A stretch of DNA of 64,000 nucleotides from an uncultured Acidobacteriota bacterium (GTDB taxonomy: Bacteria; Acidobacteriota; UBA6911): assembly GCA_963827655.1 (NCBI GenBank), contig CAWHCF010000025.1, positions 73,189 to 137,188 on the forward strand. The letters run 5' to 3'. Numbering within the stretch: position 1 is the first letter of the stretch; the number at the start of each line of letters is the position of its first letter. The translations under genes were made by a program, and so were the position numbers. Shown here piece by piece: positions 9,505-20,279 of this stretch. The notes below the pieces were generated by a model. The model saw only the letters and a list, made by a program, of their open reading frames with translations, was not told the DNA's origin and made no database searches.

Positions 9505-12024
9505 TTGGATCGCCGCGCGTGAGGTCCGCATCAGAAACGTGGGGCTTTTCACAATTCCCACGATGAGCGACGACCATCGGTAGTCACTGGCTGCTGCGTC
9601 GCGGACGATCTTGCGCACTGCCGGCCGATCGTAATAGTCGAGCCGGCGGCCGAGAGCGTACGCCAAAAGCTTTTCGGTGACGGTGCGGGGAAACTGATCG
9701 GGCTGCTCGAGCAACAGCGCACGCAAGCCCGAAAGGCCATCGACCCTGGCGCCGCTCACCGTGGTCCCGGTCGCGTCGACGGGCTTGCCCACTTCGTCAA
9801 CGGTTCTCCACGCGCCAATCGCGTCAAAGTTTTCCAGCGCAAACCCCAGGGAATCAATGACTGAATGACAACTGGCGCAGGCGGGATTCTGCCGATGCTG
9901 CGTCAGCCGCTCGCGTATCGACATCGGCATCGCGCCCGGCTTGTTCTCCGCCAGATTGGTGTCCACGCCTGGAGGAGGGGGCGGTACAGGCAAGCCGAAG
10001 ACATTGTTCAGCAGCCACTTGCCACGTAAGACCGGCGATGTTCGGTCGGGATAGGAGGTTGTCGTCAGCAGCGCTCCCTCCGCCAGCAACCCGCCCCGCT
10101 GATCGGGGTTCGGGAGAGTGACTCGCCGGAAGCGGCTGCCGTAAATCCCTGGAATTCCGTAGTGCCGCGCCAGCCGTTCGTTCACAAAAGTATAGTTGGC
10201 GCGCAAAAGATCGAGGACGCTGCGATCCTCCCGCAGCGTGCTGGCGACAAACAGCTCCGTTTCCCGTTTGAATGCCTCCAGCAGACTGGCGTCAAAACTC
10301 GGATAATGATCCGGATGGACCACCACTTCGCCGACGCGGCGCAGATTCAACCACTGCGCGGCGAAACCGTCCACCAGCGCACCCGTGGCGCGGGGATCGT
10401 CCAACATGCGCCGCACTTGCTGTTCCAGGATCAGCGGTTTGCTGAGCTGTCCGCGCACCGCCAAGTCGATCAGGGTGTCATCGGGAATGCTGCTCCACAA
10501 GAAAAACGACAAGCGCGAGGCGAGCTCCATGTCGCTCAGGCGATAGGTGGCTTGACCAGGCGCGGCGGGATCCCGATGGACGCGCAGCAGAAAGTCGGGG
10601 TCGACGAGAACTCGCTCGAGCGCGATCTGGATCCCGTTGTCAAAGCTTCCACCGTCCTGCCGGCCCCTGGAGAAGAATTCGAGCAGCGTCTGCACGTCGG
10701 CCTTGGTCACGGGCCGCCGATAAGCAAGCCGGGCGATCCTCGAAAGGATCTTTTGCGCGCACGCCTTTTCTTCCGCAGCAGTCCGGGGTTGACAGACGAA
10801 AATTGCGCGACGGCTGGGCGTGTCCTTTGCCGGTCCGGTGATTTGGAACGGGCCTCCGATCTGGACCGAGCCCACGCTTGCGTAATCCATGTATAGCTGG
10901 TCGTTTGTCAGCACCCTGCCTCGTTGCCGTGGCTGAGGGAGACCTTCCGGCTCCCACAGCTCTCTCACGAACGACACGCCGACGACGCGCCGTCCCGCCT
11001 CGACCGGCACGCGGATCTCCAGCCCGGCGTCGCCGGTGACCTGCATGTACTTCTCCCATTCGGGATCGCCGGCAAAGCCCGGTTCACCGTCGCCGGCGTA
11101 ACTGGCCGCGGCAGGCCTGCCCTGGGCTCCCCCTCCGACGGTGAATCGTTTCAGCAGCTTGCCATCAAGCCGGATGTCGAGCTGCTGCGGCCAGCCCATG
11201 CCCATGATGTAGTCCTGATACTGTCTTCGGAGACGAACTTTGATGAGATATTGGGCGTCGACTGGAAAGTCAAAGGGAATCGCGATGCCTCCACGGGATC
11301 CGAACGGCAGGTCTTCGCTCTGCCGGTCATCTTGAACCACGTGCAAGGGAATCGCGAAGGTCTCGATCCCGGGACTCGCGGGAGGCAGACCTATCGCGAG
11401 CCGCGTGACCTGACGGGCCACTGACAGATATCGCTCAAGGTGGGCCGTCGAAATCGTGAGCACATCCGCGAAATTGTCGAAACTGCCGTCCGCGGTCTCA
11501 TCCCCCGGCAGCAGCGGCCTCACATCGACCTCGAGCGCGAACAGGTCGCGAATCGCGTTGTTGTATTCCGTGCGATTGAGGCGGTGGATGGCGCTGATCC
11601 TGCCCGGATTGGGATTGGCCCCCCACGCCCGGTCGATTTCGGTCTCCAGCCAGCCGGCCGTCGCGTGATAGGTGGCCGCATCGGGCCGGGGCGTCCCGGG
11701 CGGCGGCATCGAGCCGGCGCGAAGCTTCGCTATGACTTTTTCCCACACCTCCGCATTGGAACCCGGGTTCTTGAGGTCCAGACGGTCGAGCTCGAGTCCA
11801 GCGGTCCGGAGCGTCTGGTTATGGCACGCGATGCAGTATTTCTCGAAGACCATCTGCGGGGCAGGAAACGTCGAGGAAGCGGGTTGCCTCTGCCAGGCCG
11901 AAGTCTGAACGCTGGATAAAATGACGACGATGCAGCCGCTGATCAAGAAGGCAGTGATTGATGGGCGCACCACAGCCGAGAGCCGCCTGAATCCATGCCG
12001 CATATCGTGCCCCAAAAACTGCAT
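9487..12024 (-). CDS. DUF1592/DUF1588 (PSD/PSCyt) diheme cytochrome c protein
   Basis: CIACH and CASCH heme motifs, RLNRTEYNNAIRDL, ELASRLSFFLWSSIPD, TSPVLRGKW; start 12024 chosen from RBS GGAGG. Confidence 0.9.
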   Translation of the reverse strand: MQFLGHDMRHGFRRLSAVVRPSITAFLISGCIVVILSSVQTSAWQRQPASSTFPAPQMVFEKYCIACHNQTLRTAGLELDRLDLKNPGSNAEVWEKVIAKLRAGSMPPPGTPRPDAATYHATAGWLETEIDRAWGANPNPGRISAIHRLNRTEYNNAIRDLFALEVDVRPLLPGDETADGSFDNFADVLTISTAHLERYLSVARQVTRLAIGLPPASPGIETFAIPLHVVQDDRQSEDLPFGSRGGIAIPFDFPVDAQYLIKVRLRRQYQDYIMGMGWPQQLDIRLDGKLLKRFTVGGGAQGRPAAASYAGDGEPGFAGDPEWEKYMQVTGDAGLEIRVPVEAGRRVVGVSFVRELWEPEGLPQPRQRGRVLTNDQLYMDYASVGSVQIGGPFQITGPAKDTPSRRAIFVCQPRTAAEEKACAQKILSRIARLAYRRPVTKADVQTLLEFFSRGRQDGGSFDNGIQIALERVLVDPDFLLRVHRDPAAPGQATYRLSDMELASRLSFFLWSSIPDDTLIDLAVRGQLSKPLILEQQVRRMLDDPRATGALVDGFAAQWLNLRRVGEVVVHPDHYPSFDASLLEAFKRETELFVASTLREDRSVLDLLRANYTFVNERLARHYGIPGIYGSRFRRVTLPNPDQRGGLLAEGALLTTTSYPDRTSPVLRGKWLLNNVFGLPVPPPPPGVDTNLAENKPGAMPMSIRERLTQHRQNPACASCHSVIDSLGFALENFDAIGAWRTVDEVGKPVDATGTTVSGARVDGLSGLRALLLEQPDQFPRTVTEKLLAYALGRRLDYYDRPAVRKIVRDAAASDYRWSSLIVGIVKSPTFLMRTSRAAIQGIAQK

Positions 12025-12243
12025 TGCCTCCTCCCAGCAAGAGCTCCTGCGGCCCTGTTCCTTGGGTTGTCCAGCGGAGCGTCGATGCCGATGGGCAGCG
12101 TTTGGGTATCGGTAGCCCGAACCCTGAGGGTATTTTGCCTCAGAAGTCGAGCACAAGTAAAGACACAGCAAACGGTGTTGGGCGAGAATCTGGATACCGA
12201 CGGGTTTCTCCCAGATTTTCCTTCAATCGCTGGTTGCGGCGAC

Positions 12244-12256
12244 TGTACAATGTACA
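12244..12256. promoter_or_regulatory. Putative TA autoregulatory operator
   Basis: TGTACA-A-TGTACA, ending 3 bp before the antitoxin ATG. Confidence 0.5.
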
Positions 12257-12259
12257 TCC

Positions 12260-12511
12260 ATGAAATGCTATACCATGGCACAGCTTCGCGAGCGTCTCGC
12301 GGATGTGCTGAACGAAGCGGAGCGGGGCGTCCCCGTGGTGATCGAGCGGCGGGGAGTCCGTTATGTGCTTAGAGCGGAACCCGCGCCGGCACGCCGGCAC
12401 ACTCGGCCCTCGGTCATCGAAATACTCGATCCTGCCGTAGCAGAAGGCCAGTGGCAATGGACCTGGGGCCGTGAAGGTCTGAGGTTCCGCTCAGGCCGCC
12501 GACACCGATGA
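12260..12511 (+). CDS. Phd/YefM family antitoxin
   Basis: YTMAQLRERLADVLNEAERGVPVVIERRG; ATGA overlap with a PIN gene. Confidence 0.8.
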   Translation: MKCYTMAQLRERLADVLNEAERGVPVVIERRGVRYVLRAEPAPARRHTRPSVIEILDPAVAEGQWQWTWGREGLRFRSGRRHR

Positions 12512-12879
12512 TCCTCCTCGACACCAATGCGCTCATCTGGCTCGAAGGAGGCCATGCGCGAATTCGGCGGCTTGCCCGCAGAGTCAGGCGGCTGTACATT
12601 TCTCCCGCTAATCTGCTGGAGATCCAACTCTTACTCGAAGCGGGCCGGATCCGTCTGCGACCGGGCGGTAGCATCGTCCGAATCGCACAAGACGAGCGCT
12701 GGGTCCTGGACGATCCGCCGGCTGCGGAGTGGTTCACAAAGGCGCTCGAGCTGGGGTGGACGCGTGACCCTTTCGACCGGCTACTCGTGGCGCACGCGCG
12801 ATTGCGGGGCTGGCGGCTGGCTACCGGGGACGCAAATCTACTCAAGCAACTCGAAAGCACCGAGGCGCTCGAAATCTAA
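12508..12879 (+). CDS. vapC: VapC-like PIN-domain toxin
   Basis: MILLDTNALIW ... RDPFDRLLVAHA ... LATGD. Confidence 0.9.
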   Translation: MILLDTNALIWLEGGHARIRRLARRVRRLYISPANLLEIQLLLEAGRIRLRPGGSIVRIAQDERWVLDDPPAAEWFTKALELGWTRDPFDRLLVAHARLRGWRLATGDANLLKQLESTEALEI

Positions 12880-12885
12880 AGCTCC

Positions 12886-12961
12886 GTATCTTGGCGTCTT
12901 AGTGGTATTAGTGTCGCGCCGCAAATACCACGAAGACGCGAAGACACGAAGAAACACCAAG
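12886..12961. repeat. Octamer-based intergenic repeat, inverted pair
   Basis: CTTGGCGTCTTAGTGGTATT ... AAATACCACGAAGACGCGAAGACACGAAGAAACACCAAG. Confidence 0.8.
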
Positions 12962-13037
12962 AATCTTGCGAGGGATAATTGCTGCTTCGGGCGGCAAGAA
13001 CGTCTATACTATTTGAATTCGCCGGAGGACCCTCCTG

Positions 13038-15429
13038 ATGCGTCGATGCGCTTTTCGGATACCACGCTGGATTCCAGTCTTATTCCTGACCGGCGGCTTC
13101 CTCGGCGTGCGTGGCCTCCAGCCTCAATCGAGGGATGGATCCGTCTCTCCGGAACGCGCCGTGGTCAATCGGTATTGCGTCAGCTGCCACAACAGCGCAT
13201 TGAAAGCGGGAGAGCTTGCGCTCGACACGATCAGCGCGCAGGACGTCGGCCAGCACCCTGAAGCGTGGGAGAAGGTCGTCCGCAAGCTTCGCGCCCGTCA
13301 TATGCCGCCGGCCGGAATGCCGCGGCCGGACGAGCGCACTTACGCGGCAGCAGTATCTTCGCTGGAGACCTCGCTGGACCGCGCGGCTGCGGCCAAGCCC
13401 AATCCCGGCCGAACCGATACGTTCCGGCGGCTCAATCGAACCGAATACCAGAACGCGATCCGCGACCTTCTTGGGCTGGACGTCGATGTTGCCTCGCTGC
13501 TGCCGATCGACGAGTCCAGTTATGGCTTTGACAATGTCACGGTCGGAGATCTCTCGCCGACGTTATTGGACCGCTATATATCGGCGGCGGAGAAGATCAG
13601 CCGGCTGGCGGTGGGGCGGCCCAGCCGTTCTCCGGGCGGCGATACTATCAAAATACCGCCGGACCTCACCCAGGAGGAGCACGTAGACGGGCTTCCGGTC
13701 GGCACCCGCGGCGGAGCGCTGATCCGTTATACCTTCCCGCTTGACGCCGAGTACGAGATCCAGATTCGACTGGCGCGTGACCGCAACGAGCACGTTGAGG
13801 GTTTGAACGAGACCCACGAAGTGGAGCTGCTTTTGGACAGGGAGCGGGTGCAGTTGTTCACGGTAAAGCCGCCCGCGCGAGACGGAATAAACTCTGAAGA
13901 GTATCAACCAGCCCACGACAACCTGGATCAGCACCTCAAGATCCGCGTTCCCGTGAAGGCCGGTCCGCACGCCATCGGGGTGACATTCCCGAAGAAGCCT
14001 TCGGCGCTCCTCGAAACTGCGCGCCAGCCCTACCAGGCACACTTCAATATCTACCGGCATCCTCGACTCCAGCCGGCAGTCTACTCGATCTCGATCATCG
14101 GTCCTTATGAAGCGAAGGGCCCCGGTGAGACGCCCAGCCGCCAGCGGATTTTTGTGTGCCGGCCGGCGCGCCCGGGCGAGGAAGAAGGCTGCGCCAAGAC
14201 CATCCTTGCCACCCTGATGCGACGGGCCTATCGGCGGCCGGTTATCGATGCGGACCTTCAAGGGCCGCTCGAGCTCTACCGCGAAGCGCGGGCAGATGGA
14301 GACTTTGACGCGGGCATCGAAATGGCTTTATCCGCGGTTCTGGTGAGCCCCCGGTTTCTGTTTCGTGTCGAGCAAGATCCTGCCGGCGTCGCGCCGAACG
14401 CCGCCTATCGCATCAGCGATCTGGAGCTGGCTTCCCGCCTGTCCTTCTTTCTGTGGAGCAGTATTCCGGACGATGAGCTGCTGAACGTAGCGATTGCCGG
14501 TAAACTCAAAGAGCCCATCGTGCTCGAACAACAGACGCGTCGAATGCTCGCGGACTCCCGGGCGCAGGCTCTGGTGACGAACTTCGCCGGGCAGTGGTTG
14601 CACTTGCGCAATCTGGCATCGATCACACCGGACATGCGTTTGTTTCCCGACTTCGACGACAATCTCCGGCAAGCGTTTCGCCAGGAAACGGAGCTCTTTT
14701 TTGAAAGCATCCTGCGCGAGGATCGGAGCGTGCTCGACCTGTTGAGCGCCAATTACACCTTCGTCAACGAACGGCTGGCCAAGCATTACGGCATCCCGCA
14801 TGTGTACGGCAGCCGGTTCCGGCGCATCACATTGGACGAAGACAGCACGCGAGGCGGGCTGCTGCGCCACGGAAGCATTCTCACGGTGACTTCGTACCCC
14901 ACCCGAACCTCGCCGGTAATACGGGGCAAGTGGATCCTGGACAATCTTCTCGGTGTCCCGCCGCCGCCGCCGCCGGAGGTGGTGCCGGCCTCTGAAGGAA
15001 AATACCAGCATAGGCAAGGGTCTTCCGGTCCGCGAACGGCTGGCCGAGCACCGCTCCAACCCCGCCTGTTCCGGCTGCCATAAGCTGATGGATCCTGTGG
15101 GCTTTTCGATGGAGAATTATGACGCCGTGGGCCGCTGGCGAACGCTCGAAGAAAGCAAGCGGATCGACGCCGGCGGCGGGCTTCCCGACGGCAGCCAGTT
15201 CTCGGGTGTGTCCGGACTCGAGCAGGCTTTGCTGAGCCGCCCGGAGGTTTTTCTCGGCACCTTTACCGAGAAACTTCTCACCTACGCTTTAGGCCGTGGA
15301 GTCGAGTACTACGACGCGCCGGCGGTCCGCAAGGTCGTGCGGGAGGCCCGGACCCAGGATTTCCGCTTCTCGTCATTCATCATGGGAATGGTAAAAAGCG
15401 CACCGTTTCAGATGAGGAGATCACAATGA
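13038..15429 (+). CDS. DUF1592/DUF1588 diheme cytochrome c protein, paralogue (frameshift near 14990)
   Basis: CVSCH, RLNRTEYQNAIRDL, ELASRLSFFLWSS; the C-terminal part with CSGCH is in ORF 14953-15429. Confidence 0.9.
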
Positions 15430-16754
15430 TCATCACCAAGAAGGCTCTGCCACGGCGAACGTTCCTGCGAGGCATCGGCGCCAGCCTGGCGCTCCCTGTG
15501 CTCGATGCGATGGTCCCCTCGATGACCGCCCTGGCCAAGACGCCTGCCAATCCGCCGCGGCGCCTGGGTTTTGTCTACATGCCGATGGGATGCGATATCT
15601 CCCGCTGGACTCCTCCAGGTGAGGGGAGACTGGCCGAGCTTTCGCCGGCCCTCCAGTCGCTGGCCCCGGTTGTGGATCACGTCACGGTTATCACAAACCT
15701 CGAGCTGAAGAACGCCTATCCCGGCACTCATGCGACCTCCAATGCCGCCTTCCTGAGCGCGGCCAAGGCGAAGTGGACCGAAAGCACGGACTACTACCTG
15801 GGGACGACGGTCGATCAGATCGCTGCGAGGCACATGGGCCAGGAAACGCAACTGCCGTCGCTGGAGCTGGCGATGGATTTGCTCCAGACCGTCGGCCAGT
15901 GCGATAACGGCTATGCCTGCGTTTACCAGAACAATCTTTCGTGGTCCTCGCCCACAACGCCTCTTCCGGCTGAGGCTCATCCGCGCATCGTTTTTGAGCG
16001 CCTGTTCGGCGAGGGGGGAAGCGCGGCGGACCGGCGCGCCGCATTGCGGAGAAGGGCCAGCCTCCTCGATTGGGTTCGTGAAGATATCGCTCGACTTCAG
16101 AGCAACCTCGGCCCGGCCGACCGCGCCAGGGTCAGCCAATATCTTGATACCGTCCGCGAGGTGGAGCGCCGCATTCAGAAGGCGGAGACCGACACGGCGG
16201 ACAACCGGCTGCCCGATCTGGATCGCCCCCTGGGCGCACCGGCCGCTTATGCCGACCACGCGCGATTGATGTTCGACTTGCAGGTATTGGCTCTTCAGGG
16301 GGATGTCACCCGGGTGATCACCTTCCAGCTCGCTCGTGAAACAAGCACGAGAACTTACAACGAGATCGGCGTCTCCGATCCGCATCACCCCCTCACGCAT
16401 CACGGAAACGATCCGGAAAAGATCGCGAAGGTTGCCAAGATCAATGCCTTTCACGTCTCGCTGTTCGCCTACTTCCTGGAGAAGCTGAAGTCCACGCCCG
16501 AGGGCGAGGGCTCTCTGCTGGAGCATTCCTTCTACCTGTATGGCAGCGGGATGGGCAATCCTAACGTGCACGACCACCTGAACCTGCCGATTCTTGTCGC
16601 GGGCGGCGGAGCGCGCAAGGGAGGGCGTCACATCAAGTATGCGGAACCGACGCCGCTGGCCAACCTTCACCTGACACTGCTCGAAAAAGCGGGGGTTCGT
16701 CTTGAGGCCTTCGCCGACAGCAAAGGCAAGGTCGAGGAATTGCTCTCGGTGTGA
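15426..16754 (+). CDS. DUF1552 protein
   Basis: LPRRTFLRGIGA, HPRIVFERLFG, HHPLTHH, EGEGSLL. Confidence 0.9.
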   Translation: MIITKKALPRRTFLRGIGASLALPVLDAMVPSMTALAKTPANPPRRLGFVYMPMGCDISRWTPPGEGRLAELSPALQSLAPVVDHVTVITNLELKNAYPGTHATSNAAFLSAAKAKWTESTDYYLGTTVDQIAARHMGQETQLPSLELAMDLLQTVGQCDNGYACVYQNNLSWSSPTTPLPAEAHPRIVFERLFGEGGSAADRRAALRRRASLLDWVREDIARLQSNLGPADRARVSQYLDTVREVERRIQKAETDTADNRLPDLDRPLGAPAAYADHARLMFDLQVLALQGDVTRVITFQLARETSTRTYNEIGVSDPHHPLTHHGNDPEKIAKVAKINAFHVSLFAYFLEKLKSTPEGEGSLLEHSFYLYGSGMGNPNVHDHLNLPILVAGGGARKGGRHIKYAEPTPLANLHLTLLEKAGVRLEAFADSKGKVEELLSV

Positions 16755-16777
16755 TTTACCCGGACGAAACGTCGCGC

Positions 16778-18268
16778 ATGCGTATGAAACCGCTCGTTGT
16801 ATGGGGTCTGGCTTTGCTGTTTCCGCTCCGCCTGAGCGCGGCCGATTCCAATGCGCCGCTGGCAGACGCAGCGGAGAAGATGGATCGCTCGAGCATTCGC
16901 ATCCTGCTGGAACAGCGCGCGGATGTAAACGCGCCGCAGACCGATGGGATGACGGCGCTGCACTGGGCGGCATACCAGGACGATCTGGAAACGGTGGAAC
17001 TGCTGGTGCGCTCACGCGCCAACGTGAAAGCTGCGAACCGCTATGGCGTGACGCCGCTTTCTCTGGCCTGCACCAATGGAAATGCCGCGATGGTCGAGCT
17101 GCTCTTGAAGGCCGGGGCCGATCCGAACACCGCCCTCCCGGGAGGGGAAACCGCGCTGATGACGGCAGCGCGCACCGGGAAGGTCGAAGCCGTGAAGACT
17201 CTGCTATCCCAGGGCGCCGACGTTAACGCAAAAGAAGGGCGGCAGGGACAGACGGCACTGATGTGGGCGGCGGCCGAAGGTCAGGTAGAGGTTGTGAAGG
17301 AGCTCATCAAGAGCGGCGCAGATTTCCGTACCCGTTTGGACTCGGGGTTTACCCCTCTGATGTTTGCCGTGAGGGAGGGCCGGATCCCGGTTGTAAAGGT
17401 TCTGCTCGAGGCAGGAGTGGATGTGAACGAGACCGTGCCGGCCGAGGCCGCGCGCAGGCGCGGCTACGGCGGGCGGCGGCCCCCGGCCGGCGCCGGCGCG
17501 CTGCTCCTGGCGATCACCAACGCTCATTTCGAACTGGCGGCAGCTCTGCTGGATGCCGGCGCAGATCCGAATGCCGCCCTGCCGGGTTACACGCCCTTGC
17601 ATGCGATTGTGCCGGTCCGCAAGCCGGGCGTCGGCGACAACGATCCGGCTCCCGAAGGATCCGGAAACATGACCAGCATGGAGCTGGTCAAGAAGCTTGC
17701 GGCGCGTGGAGCCAACTTGAATGCCAGGATGACCAGGCGCGTGAATTTGACCAATACACGCCTGAACGAGATCGGGGCGACACCTTTCCTGCTGGCCGCC
17801 CAGACGTCGGACGCCGAGTTGATGAGGACGCTGGCCGCGCTGGGCGCCGACCCGCTGCTGCCGAATGCCGACAACACCACGCCTCTGATAGTAGCGTCCG
17901 GACTGGCAACGCGATCCCCCGGCGAGGACGCCGGCACCGAGAGCGAAGTGTTGGAGGCGGTGCAACTGGCATTGGAGCTAGGCAACGACATCAATGCGGT
18001 CGACAACAACGGTGAAACCGCCGTGCATGGCGCGGCCTACAAGAACCTCCCCAAGGTCGTGCAGTTCCTCGCCGGCAAGGGGGCCAAGATCGAAATCTGG
18101 AATCGGAGCAACAAGTTCGGATGGACGCCCTTAGCGATCGCCGTGGGTTATAGATTCGGGAATTTCAAGCCTTCGCCCGACACGGAGGCCGCGCTTCGTG
18201 AAGTGATGATCGCCGCAGGAGTAACTCCGCCGAAAACCGTCACTGCCAAGACCCAGCAGATTTACTAG
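16778..18268 (+). CDS. Secreted ankyrin-repeat protein
   Basis: Signal peptide; DGMTALHWAA, GETALMTAA, GQTALMWAA; start approximate. Confidence 0.9.
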   Translation: MRMKPLVVWGLALLFPLRLSAADSNAPLADAAEKMDRSSIRILLEQRADVNAPQTDGMTALHWAAYQDDLETVELLVRSRANVKAANRYGVTPLSLACTNGNAAMVELLLKAGADPNTALPGGETALMTAARTGKVEAVKTLLSQGADVNAKEGRQGQTALMWAAAEGQVEVVKELIKSGADFRTRLDSGFTPLMFAVREGRIPVVKVLLEAGVDVNETVPAEAARRRGYGGRRPPAGAGALLLAITNAHFELAAALLDAGADPNAALPGYTPLHAIVPVRKPGVGDNDPAPEGSGNMTSMELVKKLAARGANLNARMTRRVNLTNTRLNEIGATPFLLAAQTSDAELMRTLAALGADPLLPNADNTTPLIVASGLATRSPGEDAGTESEVLEAVQLALELGNDINAVDNNGETAVHGAAYKNLPKVVQFLAGKGAKIEIWNRSNKFGWTPLAIAVGYRFGNFKPSPDTEAALREVMIAAGVTPPKTVTAKTQQIY

Positions 18269-18679
18269 GCCTCTTGTTTTAATTGCGCGACCCTGTACGG
18301 CCATCATGGTGGCTCGCTCTCTGGAGAACTTCGTTGCAACGATTGGAAGTCGGACTAACGAAGCGCAAACGGCGCCGTAGGCGAGCACCATTGGCAATGA
18401 TAGATGAGACAATGAATGAGAAGATGACATGCACGATTAGTCACTTTGTCGCATTTCCCGAGGTTATGGTACGCCGTCTCCTTCGCTGCATGCCACGGGA
18501 TCCGGTCCAAGTCTCTTCTCGGCTCATCCTCGAAATCGGACGACTTTCATCCGGCAGGAGCCCGACCTAGCGATCGTCGCCGGTTTCGCCGTGCGGTGCG
18601 GGATCTGCAAGCACGATCGCTTCTGGCACCGCTGCGCCCGGCCGCACAGCGCCGTGGCGTCGGTCTTCGATTCACCCGT

Positions 18680-19015
18680 ATGAGCCCGCGCCCCCGCTCG
18701 CTCACGATCATCGGCTGGCTGTTCGTCGCCGTGGGCGCCACCGGACTCGTGTACGGGTTGCTGGACCTCGACAACGCGACCGCCTCGCGCCGGGAGCTGC
18801 TCGACCTGGGCTACGCCACGGTGTCGCGCCTGGTCGCGATTCTCGGCGGGGCGTTCCTGCTCCGCGGCGCCCCCTGGGCGCGCTGGATCCTCGTCGCGTG
18901 GCTCGCCTTTCACGTCGTGCTCGGCGCGTTCCATTCCCTCATCCAATTCGCCGTGCACGCCGTGTTGATGGCGATCGTGTGCTTCTTCCTGTTCCGCGCC
19001 GGGAGCGGGCGTTGA
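18680..19015 (+). CDS. Small four-TM hypothetical membrane protein
   Basis: MSPRPRSLTIIGWLFVAVG..., GAPWARW; strong GC3 bias. Confidence 0.7.
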   Translation: MSPRPRSLTIIGWLFVAVGATGLVYGLLDLDNATASRRELLDLGYATVSRLVAILGGAFLLRGAPWARWILVAWLAFHVVLGAFHSLIQFAVHAVLMAIVCFFLFRAGSGR

Positions 19016-19234
19016 CCTGGCGACCCGCGAAACGCAGCGGGAAGTGGCTCGTCATCTCGCGGACCACGATCCAAGCGTGACCGGACCGTGTGCGAGAAAC
19101 TGCCACTGCTTGTCGGCATCGATCGAGTTAGAGATCACGCGCGCCGCAGGCTCGGCATCGGGCGATGGTCGTTCACCGAGCTCGACCGGAAGTTGAAGCC
19201 CGTTCAGGGAGGCCGCAGCCGAAGAGGTGCTTGT

Positions 19235-19348
19235 TCCGTGACTTCCTTGCATTTTGCGAAGAGGTTTTCGCTGACTGCTGAAGGCTGAATGCTGATAGCG
19301 CGCGGCGTCGACTGATCTCAAATACTTGATTTGCGGCCTCAGCCGCGC
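19235..19348. repeat. ~110-bp element with (GCTGANN)x4 core, copy 1
   Basis: TCCGTGAC..TTGCATTTTGCGAAGA..GCTGACTGCTGAAGGCTGAATGCTGATAGCGCGCGGCGTC..TTGCGGCCTCAGCCGCGC. Confidence 0.8.
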
Positions 19349-19384
19349 TATCCGCTTACTCGTTGGTAGGAGATCCGCGAGCCC

Positions 19385-19936
19385 ATGAGCCAATATGTAG
19401 CCCTCCTGCGCGGGATCAACGTCGGCGGGAAGAATCTGATCAAGATGACCGAGCTCAAGATCTGCTTCGAGCAGCAAGGCTTCCGGGACGTGACCACCTA
19501 CATCCAGAGCGGCAACGTACTCTTCAAGTCGGGCGAGTCGGCACCCGCCAAGCTGACCCGTCGGATCGAATCTGTGGTCGCTGAGACGTTCAACTGCCGA
19601 GCGAGCGTGGTGCTGCGCTCCCAGAAGCAGATGCGGGACATCGTCGAGCGAGCTCCACAAGGCTTCGGCGCGCATCCGGCGAAGTACCGCTACGACGTCA
19701 TCTTCTTGAAAGAGCCGCTCACGGCCTCGACCGCAATGAAGAGCGTGCTTACCAGGCAAGGAGTGGACCAGGCGCACGCGGGAATCGGCGTCCTATACTT
19801 CTCGAGACTCATCAGCAAAGCATCCCAGAGCCAGCTCAGCAGGCTCGTCTCCCTGCCGATCTACAAGAGCATGACAATCCGCAACTGGAACACGACGACG
19901 AAGCTCGCGCAGATGATGGACGGCCCGCAGAAGTGA
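19385..19936 (+). CDS. DUF1697 domain protein
   Basis: YVALLRGINVGGKN, TYIQSGNVLF, TIRNWNT. Confidence 0.9.
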   Translation: MSQYVALLRGINVGGKNLIKMTELKICFEQQGFRDVTTYIQSGNVLFKSGESAPAKLTRRIESVVAETFNCRASVVLRSQKQMRDIVERAPQGFGAHPAKYRYDVIFLKEPLTASTAMKSVLTRQGVDQAHAGIGVLYFSRLISKASQSQLSRLVSLPIYKSMTIRNWNTTTKLAQMMDGPQK

Positions 19937-19974
19937 TTGGGCAACGATGCCCTCTTCAGGCCCTTCGCGACCGG

Positions 19975-20098
19975 GCGGCGCAGCCGTGATTCAAATAGAG
20001 GGTGCTCAACGCAAAGATCAGCACGTGTGGACCGATGAAGATCCAAGGTAAAGATGGAGCTTTCGGGTCCAGGAGTAAGAACTGCGCTTCTTATTCAT
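19975..20098 (-). pseudogene. 5' relic of a PepSY-associated TM-helix gene
   Basis: MNKKRSSYSWTRKLHLYLG-(frameshift)-FIGPHVLIFALSTLYLNHG, then similarity ends. Confidence 0.5.
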
Positions 20099-20279
20099 GT
20101 CAGGGTTCCCCGGGACGGGGTCGAAGGGCTAGTTTGCGGACGGACCAAACAGAAGCTCGAGTCACCGGATCTCATCTGCGTGGAAAGGCCAACGCCAAAG
20201 CGCTCGACTCGCCCACCCCGGGCGGATCTGTAGATCATTTACAGCAGTTTTGGAACTGATGTCAATCCGTCCACTCTCT

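Noticed and set aside
12030-12180. Possible c-di-GMP riboswitch upstream of the cytochrome gene (CTGAGG..CCTCAG hairpin, GGGCTACCGA)
   Set aside because: Lacks the GGCAAAC..GAAA..GGGACGCAAA core
14958-14976. (CCG)n run as a contingency repeat
   Set aside because: Encodes the poly-proline also present in the paralogue; the frameshift lies outside it
18283-18570. AT-richer ORFs after the ankyrin gene
   Set aside because: No recognisable motif, RBS or codon bias
19349-19372. CGCTTACTCGTTGGTAGG as an attC right end before DUF1697
   Set aside because: GTTGGTA is an imperfect core, there is no left arm, and no integrase is in the window
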